Assembly: GCA_902635685.1 (NCBI GenBank)
Contig: CACPOY010000003.1
Span: forward strand, 16,557 to 80,556
Length of the DNA: 64,000 nucleotides
Direction of reading: 5' to 3'
Source of the DNA: an uncultured Pelagibacteraceae bacterium
GTDB lineage: Bacteria; Pseudomonadota; Alphaproteobacteria; Pelagibacterales; Pelagibacteraceae
The position numbers were made by a program, and so were the translations under genes. The notes beneath the pieces are model-generated. The model saw nothing but the letters and a program-made list of their open reading frames with translations. It was not told where the DNA came from and did not search any database. Below are positions 18,644-29,868 of this stretch, one piece after another; within the stretch, counting starts at the first letter, position 1; each line of letters opens with the position of its first letter.

Positions 18644-18939
18644 TACAAATTTAGTTCCAATTTTGCTGCATCTGACATCATATCTTTTGACCAAGGCGGA
18701 TCCCAGACTAACTCTAAATTAACGTCTTCAATCCCTTCAACTTGCATAGCTCCCTCTTTTACTTCTTTTGGTAAACTTTCAGCAACAGGACAATTTGGAG
18801 TAGTCAATGTCATTTTAATCTTTGCTTTTTTTTCATTAACTTGAACATCATAGATTAGACCAAGGTCATAAATATTTACTGGCAATTCAGGATCATAAAT
18901 TTTTTTTATTTCATCAATTATTTTTTCTTTTAATTCCAT
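18643..18939 (-). CDS. sufT: SUF system DUF59 protein SufT
   Basis: YDPE.PVNIYDLGLIY, MTLTTPNCP, LVWDPPW. Confidence 0.9.
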   Translation of the reverse strand: MELKEKIIDEIKKIYDPELPVNIYDLGLIYDVQVNEKKAKIKMTLTTPNCPVAESLPKEVKEGAMQVEGIEDVNLELVWDPPWSKDMMSDAAKLELNL

Positions 18940-18943
18940 AAAA

Positions 18944-19405
18944 TTATTCTGTAGTAATTTCTTTTCCATCATTTTCCATAGCAGATACTAAAGTGTGCCA
19001 AGATAACGTAGCACATTTAACTCTCATTGGATACTGCTTTACTCCTGAAAGACACATTAACTTTGTTTTATCATCCTCTTCTAAAATATTGTTTTTTAAT
19101 TTAGGATTTTCTTTTATCATTCCTAAAAAATCCTCAATTATTTCTTTTGCTTCATTATCGCTTTTGCCTTTAATTAAATCAGTCATGATTGAAGCTGAAG
19201 CCATTGATATTGCGCATCCACTCCCTTCGAAAGAAATCTCCTCTACTTTTCTTTGTTCGTTTAATTTCAAATACACATGTACATTATCTCCACATAATGG
19301 ATTATTTCCTTTAGCATCCTTATTAAAATTTTCTGTTTTTCCTAAGTTTCTAGGATTTTTACCGTGCTCTAAAATTATTTCTTGATATAATTCTTTTAAA
19401 TTCAT
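18944..19405 (-). CDS. sufU: SUF system NifU/SufU-family sulfur-transfer protein
   Basis: LYQEIIL.H.KNP, NPLCGD, GCAIS.AS, RVKCATL.W. Confidence 0.93.
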   Translation of the reverse strand: MNLKELYQEIILEHGKNPRNLGKTENFNKDAKGNNPLCGDNVHVYLKLNEQRKVEEISFEGSGCAISMASASIMTDLIKGKSDNEAKEIIEDFLGMIKENPKLKNNILEEDDKTKLMCLSGVKQYPMRVKCATLSWHTLVSAMENDGKEITTE

Positions 19406-20622
19406 CTTAAATCAAAAATTTTTTTACAATTATTAATTCCATCATTTAATTTGTCTAAATCATCTTTAGTATTATAAACACCTAAAGAAGCTCTTGCACT
19501 TGCGGGTATTCCTAACTTTTCATGAAGTATTTGACAACAATGATGTCCAGCTCTTATAGCAACTCCAGTTTCATCTAAAATAGTTGCAATATCATGTGGG
19601 TGAACTCCTTCAACAGTAAAAGATAGTACACCTCCTCTTTCTTTTGGATTTCCGATTAGTTTCACAGAATTATTTTTTTTTAAAATTTCTTGACCGTATT
19701 CTATAAGATCTTTTTCATGCTTAATTATGTTTTCAATTCCAATGCTTTCCAAAAATTTTATTGATTGATCAAAAGCTATTACTTGTGCTGTAGCCATTGT
19801 TCCAGCTTCATACTTATTTGGAAGTTCGCCATAAGAAATTCTATCTTTTTTAACTTCATTTATCATTCCTCCGCCCCCTTGATATGGTGGTAGTTGCTCT
19901 AACCATTTCCTTTTTCCATACAAAACTCCAAGTCCAGTTGGTCCATACATTTTATGACATGAAATTGCATAAAAATCACAATCTAAGTCCTGCATATCTA
20001 ATTTTAAGTGTGGTCCTCCTTGACATCCATCTACAACTACAACGATGCCCTTTGAATGGGCTAATTGAGTTATCTCTTTAATTGGTAAAACTGCACCAGT
20101 AACATTTGATAAATGAGTTATTGCTATTACTTTAGTTTTATTCGTAATTTCTTTCTCTATATTTTCAATCGGTATGTCTCCATCTTCATTTACCTCTGCA
20201 AACTTTATTTTGATATTTTTAGATTTTCTTAAAAAATGCCATGGAACATAGTTTGAATGATGTTCTAATTCAGTAATTAAAATTTCATCATTTGGCTCTA
20301 AGATTGCTTGACCTAGAGTATTTGCAACTAAATTTAGAGCTTCAGTAGCACCTTTAGTAAATACGATTTCATTTTTATCTTTCGCATTTATATACTTTTG
20401 AACTGAAGACCTTGTGTTTTCATATAAATTAGTGGCTGCAACTGCCAAATAATGAATACTTCTACCTACATTTGAAAATTGTTTAGAGTAAAAATCATTG
20501 ATTCTATCTAGAACAACCTTGGGTTTTTGAGATGAATTAGCACTGTCCAAATAAACCAAATCATTATTTTGAATTTTTTCATCAAAAATTGGAAATTCTT
20601 TTTTTATATTATTTATATTCAT
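19402..20622 (-). CDS. sufS: cysteine desulfurase SufS
   Basis: YLDSA..SQKP, EHHSN.VPW, SCHKMYGPTG.G, RAGHHC. Confidence 0.95.
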   Translation of the reverse strand: MNINNIKKEFPIFDEKIQNNDLVYLDSANSSQKPKVVLDRINDFYSKQFSNVGRSIHYLAVAATNLYENTRSSVQKYINAKDKNEIVFTKGATEALNLVANTLGQAILEPNDEILITELEHHSNYVPWHFLRKSKNIKIKFAEVNEDGDIPIENIEKEITNKTKVIAITHLSNVTGAVLPIKEITQLAHSKGIVVVVDGCQGGPHLKLDMQDLDCDFYAISCHKMYGPTGLGVLYGKRKWLEQLPPYQGGGGMINEVKKDRISYGELPNKYEAGTMATAQVIAFDQSIKFLESIGIENIIKHEKDLIEYGQEILKKNNSVKLIGNPKERGGVLSFTVEGVHPHDIATILDETGVAIRAGHHCCQILHEKLGIPASARASLGVYNTKDDLDKLNDGINNCKKIFDLR

Positions 20623-21867
20623 GCTTTTAATCCGATAATATTTTTAACTAAATTTTTAATTTCTGGATCTGTGATCTTTTCAACGACATCAAGTAAAAAT
20701 CCATTAATTAAAAGTTTTTTAGACTGTTGATAGCTTAAACCTCGAGACATTAAATAAAAAATTGAATTTTCATTCAAACTTCCAGATGCTGATCCGTGAG
20801 AACATTTTACATCATCGGCATAAATTTCTAACTCCGGTTTTGCATTAAACTCCGATGTTTCATCTAGTAATATTGCTTTACTTAATTGATAACCGTCTGT
20901 TTTTTGAGCTATTGAGTTTACAAATATTCTTCCTTGGTATGCAGATTTTGAATTTTTTCCAAGTACACTTTTGATAAGTTGATAACTTTTAGTTTTCTCA
21001 ACCAAATGATTAATGGTAGATCTAATTTCATGTTGTTGATTTTCCTTCAATGAAAAAATCCCATTTATAAAAGCCGATGAATATTCACCATTTAAGTTAC
21101 AATTAACTTCATTTTTAAAATAGTCAGATCCAGCAGATAATATAAATGTTTCTGAAATACTATTATCGTCTTGTTCAATATTATTAAAAGAGTACTTTAA
21201 ATTATTATTTCTAAACTTATCAAGTTTATAATTTTTTAGTATTGAGTTTTTTTTTAAATTAAAATTGTACAAAATATTCACAAAATTTTTGTTTGTACTA
21301 TCGCTAAAATAATCAATTAGTCTTAGGGAACTATTTTCCTCTAATTCAAAATTTAAGCTTAAATTTATATTTTTTGACTTAATCTTATAATTAGTCAGGT
21401 GGTAGATAATTAAAGGTTTTTTTATAGAATAATTTTTCTTAAGTATGATTTTAAAAACTTTGTTAGTAAATGCATTATTTAAATCAATTAAAGAATTTTT
21501 ATAGTCAAATGTGATATTTTTCCCAATTTCTTCATTTATTTCAATTTGATTTTGATCTTCATAATTAAAATCAATTTTTTCAATTCTACCATTTATAAAA
21601 ATAATTTTGTTATGTTCTAAACCACTAACAAAAATAGACTGATCAATTTCATTAGGTAATGAATAGTCGTTAAAAAAAACTTAAATCTCCAATATTTTTT
21701 TTAATGATTTGACTAATATCTAAAAACTTCCAATCTTCTTGCTTTTTATTTGGAAAACCGTTGTTAATAAACTTCTTCAAAAAACTTTTTTTTAATTGAA
21801 TTTCTTTTTCTGAAATTTTTAAAGTTTTAATTATTTTATCAAAATCTAATTGAAGTTGTTCATTCAT
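20619..21867 (-). CDS. sufD: Fe-S cluster assembly protein SufD; apparent +1 frameshift in A8 at 21672-21679
   Basis: N-terminal GFP.KK.EDWKF; C-terminal AQKTDGYQ, KPELEIYADDVKCSHG, FYL.SRG; one-base removal gives a continuous frame. Confidence 0.92.
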
Positions 21868-22602
21868 CTAATTAAAACTTTCATAACCTTTTTTTTCTAG
21901 CTCTATTGCTAATTCTGGACCACCAGATCTAATTATTTTTCCATTCATTAAAACATGAACAAAATCAGGCTTTATATAATCTAGTAATCTTTGATAGTGT
22001 GTAATTATTAAAAAAGAATTACTCTTATTTCTTAAAGTATTAACTCCATCAGCTACTATTTTTAAAGCATCAATGTCTAAACCTGAGTCTGTTTCATCTA
22101 AAATTGATAATTTTGGAGCTAACATAGACATTTGTAAAATTTCATTTTTCTTTTTTTCTCCTCCAGAAAAACCAACATTTAATTGTCTATTAAGTTTTTC
22201 TTCATCAAATTTTAATTCTTTAGCTTTTTGTTTAACTAGCTTTAAAAATTCAATTGCATCTAATTCTTTTTCTCCACGTGCTTTTTTGATTGCGTTTAAT
22301 GCTGTTTTTAAGAATATATTTGTGTTTACTCCTGGAATTTCTAAAGGATATTGAAAAGCTAAAAATATTCCTTTATGTGCTCTTTCCTCTGTCTCGAGAT
22401 CAAATAAATTTTTATTCTCAAATAAGATTTCACCTGACACCTCGTACCCTTTTTTTCCTGACAGAATATTTGATAATGTGCTTTTTCCTGACCCATTTGG
22501 ACCCATAATTGCGTGAACTTCACCTGGATTAATATTCAAAGAAAACCCCTTCAATATTGATTTATTTTCAACATTTGCATTTAAATTGCTAATTTTAAGC
22601 AT
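21868..22602 (-). CDS. sufC: Fe-S cluster assembly ATPase SufC
   Basis: GPNGSGKST, FQYP.EIPGV, FSGGEKK, LDETDSGLDID, ITHYQRLL. Confidence 0.97.
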   Translation of the reverse strand: MLKISNLNANVENKSILKGFSLNINPGEVHAIMGPNGSGKSTLSNILSGKKGYEVSGEILFENKNLFDLETEERAHKGIFLAFQYPLEIPGVNTNIFLKTALNAIKKARGEKELDAIEFLKLVKQKAKELKFDEEKLNRQLNVGFSGGEKKKNEILQMSMLAPKLSILDETDSGLDIDALKIVADGVNTLRNKSNSFLIITHYQRLLDYIKPDFVHVLMNGKIIRSGGPELAIELEKKGYESFN

Positions 22603-24043
22603 TAACCAACACTCCCCTCTAAACTGATACCTACAAGTTTTTGGGCTTCAACTGCAAACTCCATTGGTAATTGTTGTAATACTTCCTTACAAAAAAACCA
22701 TTAACAATTAGTCCTACAGCTTCCTCAGAATTAAGTCCTCTTTGTTGGCAATAATGTAATTGTTCTTCACTAATCTTAGATGTTGTAGCTTCATGTGCAA
22801 TATTAGAGTCAAAATTTTTATTTTTTATATAAGGTACGGTATGTGCACCACATTTATTTCCCATTAATAAAGAATCACATTGTGTGTAATTACTAGAATT
22901 TTTAGCTTTCCTATTAATATCTAATCCCCTATAAGTCATATCAGAAAATCCAGCGCTTATACCTTTTGAAATAATTTTACTTTTAGTATTTTTTCCTAAA
23001 TGAATCATTTTTGTTCCGGTGTCTGCTTTTTGATGATTGTTGGTAATTGCTATAGAGTAAAATTCACCAATTGAATTATCACCTTTTAATATACAGCTTG
23101 GATATTTCCAAGTTATAGCTGAGCCTGTTTCAACTTGAGTCCAAGAAATCTTAGAATTCTTTCCCTGACATAATCCTCTTTTAGTTACAAAATTATAAAT
23201 TCCTCCTTTGCCATTTTCATCACCTGGGTACCAATTTTGCACAGTTGAATATTTTATTTCTGCATCGTCCAAAGCAATCAATTCTACATTCGCGGCGTGT
23301 AATTGATTTTCATCTCTCATTGGAGCTGTACATCCCTCTAGGTAACTCACATAACTTCCCTTATCAGCAATAATCAATGTTCTTTCAAATTGACCCGTCT
23401 CTGACGCATTAATTCTGAAATATGTCGATAGTTCCATAGGGCACTTAATGCCTTTGGGAATATAAACAAATGATCCATCTGTAAATACAGCAGAGTTTAA
23501 TGTAGCAAAGAAATGATCTGTAACTGGTATTACTGTACCTAAATATTTTTTTACAAGGTCAGGATGTTTTTGAATTGCTTCTGACATTGAACAAAAAATT
23601 ATACCATGTTTTGTTAATTCACCTTTAAAAGTAGTTGCTACTGAAACAGAGTCAAATACTGCATCAACAGCAATTCCATTTAATCTTGCTTGCTCTTGTA
23701 ATGGAATTCCAAGTTTTTTATATGTTTCTAAAAGTTTAGGGTCAAGCTCATCTAAACTTTTAGGCTTATCTGTCATGCTTTTTGGTGCTGAATAATAATA
23801 TAAATCTTGATAATCAATTTTAGGATACTTTGGCTTTTGCCAATTTGGCTCTTTTAAAAGTTTTAATCGCTTATAAGCTTTTAATCTAAACTCTAACATC
23901 CATCGTGGTTCCTTTTTAATATTAGAAATAAACTTTATCACATCCTCATTAAGGCCTTTTGGAGATTTTATATTTTCAATATCAGTAGTAAAGCCGTACT
24001 TATAATCTTTTAAATTTTCTATATCTTTTTCTCTTGTGTCCAT
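22602..24043 (-). CDS. sufB: Fe-S cluster assembly protein SufB; frameshift near the C-terminus (A7 at 22691-22697)
   Basis: [27 protein letters not shown]. The canonical end [29 protein letters not shown] is present in another frame and ends at 22602. Confidence 0.95.
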
Positions 24044-24045
24044 CT

Positions 24046-24471
24046 TTAAATTCTTCTTTCAATATTTTCTTTAACAAGATCTTCTAAACTCTTTTTTTCA
24101 AAAAAATCATTAATGTGGTTTTCAAGCTCATCCCATAAATTATGAGTTAAACATTTTGTAGATCTGCCATTACAACTTTTTTTAGACTCTTTTTTGCACT
24201 GAACAGTTTTTACTTTTTCATCAACAGCATCAAAAATATTCGTAAGTTTAATTTCTTTAGCTTTTTTATTCAAAATGTAACCACCTTGTGTACCTCTAAC
24301 ACTTAGAACAATTTCTTTTTTTCTAAGTTTCGAAAAAATTTGTTCTAGGTAATCAAGAGAGATTCCTTGTCTTAGTGATATGTCTCTTAGAGAAACTGGG
24401 TTTATACTGTCAAACCTCGCCAGATCAACTAAAGCCATTACCGCGTATCTGCCTTTGGATGTTAGTTTCAT
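24046..24471 (-). CDS. iscR: Rrf2-family regulator IscR
   Basis: [34 protein letters not shown]; three Cys plus His (QC..SC..KCLTH.LW) retained; heads the suf operon. Confidence 0.9.
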   Translation of the reverse strand: MKLTSKGRYAVMALVDLARFDSINPVSLRDISLRQGISLDYLEQIFSKLRKKEIVLSVRGTQGGYILNKKAKEIKLTNIFDAVDEKVKTVQCKKESKKSCNGRSTKCLTHNLWDELENHINDFFEKKSLEDLVKENIERRI

Positions 24472-24497
24472 AATTGTTAATTTTACTGGGTATATAT

Positions 24498-24522
24498 AAA
24501 CCCGACTAAAATAGTCAAGTAT
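24498..24522 (-). promoter_or_regulatory. IscR type-1 binding site overlapping a -35-like TTGACT
   Basis: ATACTTGACTATTTTAGTCGGGTTT closely matches the consensus ATASYYGACTRWWWYAGTCRRSTAT; 26 nt upstream of the iscR ATG. Confidence 0.8.
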
Positions 24523-24603
24523 CATATTTAAAAAAAGACTAACATTTTGTCACCCACTTATGATAAACCTTTTTTTTTTTGAGAATGATAATCAGTAACA
24601 ATT

Positions 24604-25260
24604 ATGGATAATAAAATTTTAGAAATATTCATACCTGGGCCAGCAGGAAGACTTGAAGCAAAATATTTTAAGAGTAAAAAACCAACATCACCGATAGCTT
24701 TAGTTTTACAACCGCATCCTCAATATGGTGGGACTATGAACAACAAAGTGGTTGTTGAGACTTTTCAAACATTTGTAGAAAACGATTTTTCAGTTTGTAG
24801 AGTAAATTTTAGAGGGGTTGGAAAAAGTGATGGAGAATTTGATAATGGACAAGGCGAACTTGCTGATGCTGCTGCTGCACTTGATTGGTTAGAAAGGGAA
24901 AATTTTGACAACTCTCAATGTTGGGTATCTGGTTTTTCTTTCGGATCCTTAATTGCAATGCAGCTTTTAATGAGACGACCAGAAATAAACAGATTTATCG
25001 CTATCTCTCCTCAACCAAATGTATATGATTTTTCCTTTTTATCTCCTTGTCCAACTTCAGGATTAATGATCTATGGTAAAAAGGATGAGTTAGTACCAGT
25101 TGAATATATCAATGAATTAAATAAAAGATTAAGTTCCCAAAAAGGGATTAAAGTTGAATTTCAATCAGTTCAAGAAGCTAATCATTTTTTTTCAAAAAAT
25201 GAAAACTCTTTAGTAAAGGAACTTAATAAATATATCAAAAAGGAAATTGCTCTTTATTAA
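24604..25260 (+). CDS. alpha/beta hydrolase (conserved next to iscR in Alphaproteobacteria)
   Basis: GPAGRLE, PHPQYGGTM, NFRGVG.S.G, GFSFG nucleophile elbow, ANHFF. Confidence 0.9.
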   Translation: MDNKILEIFIPGPAGRLEAKYFKSKKPTSPIALVLQPHPQYGGTMNNKVVVETFQTFVENDFSVCRVNFRGVGKSDGEFDNGQGELADAAAALDWLERENFDNSQCWVSGFSFGSLIAMQLLMRRPEINRFIAISPQPNVYDFSFLSPCPTSGLMIYGKKDELVPVEYINELNKRLSSQKGIKVEFQSVQEANHFFSKNENSLVKELNKYIKKEIALY

Positions 25261-26402
25261 AAATTTTCAGTTATAATACCTCCGGTTATTGATCTGTTAC
25301 ATCTTGTTGTGCTTGGAAAAGAAATAGGTAATCCTTCTACAGACCTAATAGCTAGAAAAGCAAAAGCCTGTGACTCAATATAATCACCATTAATTTCATA
25401 TTTATCTATCGGATCAATAATTATCTTATCAAAATTATTTTTAATACATTCAAGTAAATATTTATTTTTTCTTCCACCTCCACAAACTAACCATCGATTA
25501 TTAGAGGATTTATTTTTTCCAAGGATATAATTCATACCATCAGAAATAAGTTTGGCAGTAAAATCTGTAATGGTGGCAGCACCATTTTCTAAAGAAAGAC
25601 CTTTTAAAAAATAAATATCAAAATCTTTAATATCCAAAGATTTATCATACAGAGAATTATTATTAAAATTTTCTAAGGCTTGATTCAAAATTAGTTTGTC
25701 AATCTTGCCAGATCTAGCTAAGGAGCCTAAATTATCATATTGATTTTTTGAATTTTTTCTAATCCATGCATCTATCAGGCAGTTACCTGGACCTATGTCA
25801 CAGGCATAAATTTTTTCAGATTGCCACAAATTTTTCCAATCAACTGTTGATGTTATATTTGCAATCCCCCCAATATTTAAAATAAATATTGGAAACTCTA
25901 AATTAAATTTTTTATTTACTTTATTTGCTAAAGCGTTATGAAAAATCGGTGCAAGAGGCGCGCCTTGACCTCCATTTTTTAAATCGTTTTGTCTAAAATT
26001 GTATACTACCTTTTTTTTAGTTAATTGCGATAATAACTTTCCATCACCTAGCTGTTTAGAAATTTTTTTTTTAGAATCATGAAATATTGTTTGACCATGA
26101 AATCCTATTAAATCTATATTTGAATTAAATTTTTCTATAGTCTCATTTACTGCTTTAAAATGGAATAATGTTACCTCTCTTTCTATATCCTTAATCTGCT
26201 CAAAATATCTACCTAGATCCTCTAAATTTGAAATTTTATCCCTTATCTCTAACAATTTTTGAACCAATTCTTTATCATATTCAAAATATCTATCTAATTC
26301 TGTTGAATACTCTTTGTTACCATCAGATTTAATTATAGATACATCTATTCCATCTAAAGATGTGCCGCTCATAAGACCCATTGATGTATAAATTTTACCC
26401 AT
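25257..26402 (-). CDS. anmK: anhydro-N-acetylmuramic acid kinase
   Basis: GLMSGTSLDGID, GFHGQT, GGQGAPL, NIGGIAN, D.GPGN..ID, CGGG..N. Confidence 0.95.
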   Translation of the reverse strand: MGKIYTSMGLMSGTSLDGIDVSIIKSDGNKEYSTELDRYFEYDKELVQKLLEIRDKISNLEDLGRYFEQIKDIEREVTLFHFKAVNETIEKFNSNIDLIGFHGQTIFHDSKKKISKQLGDGKLLSQLTKKKVVYNFRQNDLKNGGQGAPLAPIFHNALANKVNKKFNLEFPIFILNIGGIANITSTVDWKNLWQSEKIYACDIGPGNCLIDAWIRKNSKNQYDNLGSLARSGKIDKLILNQALENFNNNSLYDKSLDIKDFDIYFLKGLSLENGAATITDFTAKLISDGMNYILGKNKSSNNRWLVCGGGRKNKYLLECIKNNFDKIIIDPIDKYEINGDYIESQAFAFLAIRSVEGLPISFPSTTRCNRSITGGIITENF

Positions 26403-26449
26403 TCTTATTTTTTTTTATTAAATATTGTATATTGTAGAACTATAAGCTC

Positions 26450-27679
26450 ATGAATAAATTTTTAAAAGAATTTAAAGATAGAGGCTATTTCTATCAATGT
26501 ACAAATGAAAAAGATTTAACTGAATTATTAGATAAAAAAAAAATTAAAGCATATATTGGATTTGATTGTACTGCGCAAAGTCTTCACGTTGGAAGTCTTC
26601 TTCAAATTATGTGTTTAAGATTATTGCAACATCATGGGCATCAGCCAATAGTTTTATTAGGTGGTGGAACAACAAGAATTGGTGATCCATCAGGTAAAGA
26701 TAAAACGAGAAAAATTTTATCAGAGAATGAAATAGAAAAAAATGCAAAAAATATAGAAAAGATTTTAAAGAATTATTTAGACACGTCAGATAAAAAAACA
26801 AGACCTATTTTTGTAAATAATTACAAATGGCTTAAAAATTTAAATTATATTTCTTTTTTAAGAAATATAGGAAAACATTTTACAATTAATAAGATGCTCA
26901 CATTTGAAAGTGTTAAAAATAGACTAGATAGAGAACAATCGCTAAGTTATATGGAATTTAATTATATGATTTTACAAGCTTACGATTTTTTGGAATTAAA
27001 TAAAAAAGAGAATTGTATTTTACAAATTGGAGGTTCAGATCAGTGGGGAAATATTGTTAATGGAGTTGAGTTGATAAAAAGATATTCTGATAATCAAGTT
27101 TTTGGGTTAACAACTCCTTTAATAACATTGGCCTCGGGTGCAAAAATGGGCAAAACTGCAGATGGTGCAATATGGTTAGATAAAAAATTATTATCTCCAT
27201 ACAACTATTGGCAATTTTGGAGAAATACAGATGATAAAGATGTTATTAAATTTTTAAAATTTTTTACTGATGAAAAAATAGAAAATATTCAAAATTTGAA
27301 AGATGTTAATGTAAATAATTTAAAAGTTTTATTAGCAAATAAAGCAACTGAGATGCTCCATGGTAAAAAGGAGGCGGAAAATTCAGAAAAAATCGCTAAA
27401 GAAACCTTTTCAGATAATTCTACAGGTTCAAATCTACCATCAATTAAGATAGATAAATCCTCGTTAAAAGATAAATTAAATGTCATAGATTTAGTTGTTA
27501 TCTCAAAATTTGAAAGTTCTAAAAGTGAGATAAGAAGATTAATTAGTGGCAAAGCAATCAAAATTAACAATGAAATTATTATTAATGATAAAACAATTAT
27601 TGACAAAAGTTTTTTTAATAAAAATTACCTTAAACTTTCAATTGGAAAAAAAAGACATATTAAAATCGAGTTAATTTAA
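26450..27679 (+). CDS. tyrS: tyrosine--tRNA ligase
   Basis: YIGFD.TA.SLHVG, IGDPSG, QIGGSDQWGN, KMGKT; C-terminal S4 domain. Confidence 0.97.
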   Translation: MNKFLKEFKDRGYFYQCTNEKDLTELLDKKKIKAYIGFDCTAQSLHVGSLLQIMCLRLLQHHGHQPIVLLGGGTTRIGDPSGKDKTRKILSENEIEKNAKNIEKILKNYLDTSDKKTRPIFVNNYKWLKNLNYISFLRNIGKHFTINKMLTFESVKNRLDREQSLSYMEFNYMILQAYDFLELNKKENCILQIGGSDQWGNIVNGVELIKRYSDNQVFGLTTPLITLASGAKMGKTADGAIWLDKKLLSPYNYWQFWRNTDDKDVIKFLKFFTDEKIENIQNLKDVNVNNLKVLLANKATEMLHGKKEAENSEKIAKETFSDNSTGSNLPSIKIDKSSLKDKLNVIDLVVISKFESSKSEIRRLISGKAIKINNEIIINDKTIIDKSFFNKNYLKLSIGKKRHIKIELI

Positions 27680-29868
27680 TTCTTTTTAATTTTTTCTAAA
27701 GTTCTTGTTATAAATCGAGGAGTTAAAGTTTTAATTGGATTTACTGTAGTTTCTAGTTTTTTTGGTGGTCCTTTAATTTTAAAACTTACACCAAAAACTC
27801 CTTCTCCAGTTTTTTTTCCTACAAGAATATTTCCAAGGATTGGTATTGAACCAATTACTTTGTTAATTGTTGTGGCTGGAACTAAGGTTCCTTTAAGACT
27901 TACTAATTTGTTTTTTTCAATATACCCTTCCATTAAAATTGAAATTGCTGGTCCTATAGCGTAAATTTCATCAATCGTCATAAGTTTATCTTTATTTTGA
28001 AAATTCATCTCAAACTCAGAAAACCCAATACCCTCTCCCGATAGTATGTCAGCTATACCCTGTAGGGAGGCTAAAGTTAAAATTTTAGTCAAAGCTGGGA
28101 GTTCTTTTAAATTAAAATCATAAATCTTTAATTTTGAATTTGTAATATCTTCAGATTTAACTGAATAAAAGTCTAATGATCCTTTCTCAAAACCTTTAAT
28201 AAAATTAAACTTTTTAACAAAAGGCTTTGCTTGATCTGAGTAAAAAGTCGTGACTTTTTGATTGTTTTTATTAATTAAAGTAAAGTAGACTCTTTCATTA
28301 TCATCAAAATTAGCATTCATTTTTACATTTATTATTTCATTATTAACTAAATTTAAATTACCTATAAGGCCATAGACGGCATATTCATCATGTAAATAAA
28401 CTTCATCTAAATCTATTTGAAAAGAAAAGTTTTTTTCAAAAATATTATTATTTTTGGTATCTTCAAAAATTAAGTCTTCTATTAGTTTACTTGCATTGAA
28501 AATCTTACCAGAAATAATAAATTTTTCTCCATCTTGTTTGATTTGAAAATTATTTTTTTTATTTTGTGTGTCAGTATAATTAAATAATACAGACTTTAAT
28601 CCTGAAATCTTGAGATCATTAGTTAATTCAAAATTTCTTAAAACAATTAAATCAGAATTATTTTCAAATCTAATATTTTCTAAATTTAAAGTTTTATTTT
28701 TATCGAATTTACCATCTAATTTTAAAATTACTGTAGAATTATCATCCGATTTATAATTTAAAAAATTAAGATTAATGGGATTTTTCATAAATTCTAAATT
28801 AGTATCAAATAGATATTCATCACCTTTTTTTTCAATTTTATAATAAGCCTTATCAAAATTTTTTTGGATTAAAAGTTTACCATTGCCCTCTAAAGAAAAA
28901 TTATTCCCTTTAAAAGTTATCTCAGTTTGATGATCTTTAAGACTAATTTCCGATTTTAGGTTAGGAAAAATTTCTTTTAAGTTTATATCATAATTTATTA
29001 ATAATTCGTCAATATCAAATGAAGATTTAATCTCATAATCTGAAACCTTGAATTTATTATTTATTTTAATCAAAAATTTATTTTCAGATGAAAACTTTAA
29101 ATTTTTAAAGTTTAATTTTGAAAATGGATCCCAAGAATTTTTTAAAAACTCTTCTGATAAACTAACTTTATTACTATTTATTTTTCCTTTTATCTCAGTA
29201 AAATTATTTTTATTCTCAATTTCAACCTTTTCTGAAGTAAAATTTATATTTGAATATGACCATCTAATATCATTTAAATTTAACTTTTTATTTTCTGATT
29301 CAAAAATAAAATTAATCTTTTCAATTTTTTGTTTATTTAATATATTTAATGAACCATCTCTAACCAAACCGTTTATTTTAAAGTTGTCCTTTAATTTACC
29401 CTGATCGTCAAAATTTATAACAATATCTGCTATTAGATAACCTTTGTTTATAAAATTTTCTAATATAAAAAGTTCAGTTTTATTATTTTTATTTATAGAC
29501 CTGTAAAATCTAATTACTTCTTTAAGCTTAATAGACTTTGTTGAGACAAATAAATTTGATAATTTGAATTTGTTAGTTAATAAATTTAATAAAGATATTT
29601 CAGACTTAATAAATTCTAAGTCAATTGATTTGTTGTTATATAAAATAATTGGGCCTAGTGTCTTTGTGTTTATCTTTAAGTTAAATAAGTCTAAAATAAT
29701 TTTTACATCATTTAATTTAACGTCAAGTTCTGTGTCAATTTTTTTTAAATTTTCTTTAATCTGATTATTAAAACTTTTAGTTTCAAAACCAACTAAACTG
29801 AAATATCCAACAAAAATTAAAATTAAAAGAAATATTAATGCAAATAATTTTAAAATAAATTTCGTCAT
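27676..29868 (-). CDS. AsmA-like / DUF3971-type lipid transport protein
   Basis: N-terminal TM anchor, beta-rich body, C-terminal GTLVPA...N......IP.LG.IL.G...GEG.FG..F...GP......NP...L.P. Confidence 0.8.
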   Translation of the reverse strand: MTKFILKLFALIFLLILIFVGYFSLVGFETKSFNNQIKENLKKIDTELDVKLNDVKIILDLFNLKINTKTLGPIILYNNKSIDLEFIKSEISLLNLLTNKFKLSNLFVSTKSIKLKEVIRFYRSINKNNKTELFILENFINKGYLIADIVINFDDQGKLKDNFKINGLVRDGSLNILNKQKIEKINFIFESENKKLNLNDIRWSYSNINFTSEKVEIENKNNFTEIKGKINSNKVSLSEEFLKNSWDPFSKLNFKNLKFSSENKFLIKINNKFKVSDYEIKSSFDIDELLINYDINLKEIFPNLKSEISLKDHQTEITFKGNNFSLEGNGKLLIQKNFDKAYYKIEKKGDEYLFDTNLEFMKNPINLNFLNYKSDDNSTVILKLDGKFDKNKTLNLENIRFENNSDLIVLRNFELTNDLKISGLKSVLFNYTDTQNKKNNFQIKQDGEKFIISGKIFNASKLIEDLIFEDTKNNNIFEKNFSFQIDLDEVYLHDEYAVYGLIGNLNLVNNEIINVKMNANFDDNERVYFTLINKNNQKVTTFYSDQAKPFVKKFNFIKGFEKGSLDFYSVKSEDITNSKLKIYDFNLKELPALTKILTLASLQGIADILSGEGIGFSEFEMNFQNKDKLMTIDEIYAIGPAISILMEGYIEKNKLVSLKGTLVPATTINKVIGSIPILGNILVGKKTGEGVFGVSFKIKGPPKKLETTVNPIKTLTPRFITRTLEKIKKN

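Noticed and set aside
16671-24043. glnA, sufD and sufB as pseudogenes
   Set aside because: The sequences are otherwise fully conserved, the breaks are in homopolymers, and the functions are expected to be essential; sequencing error is more likely.
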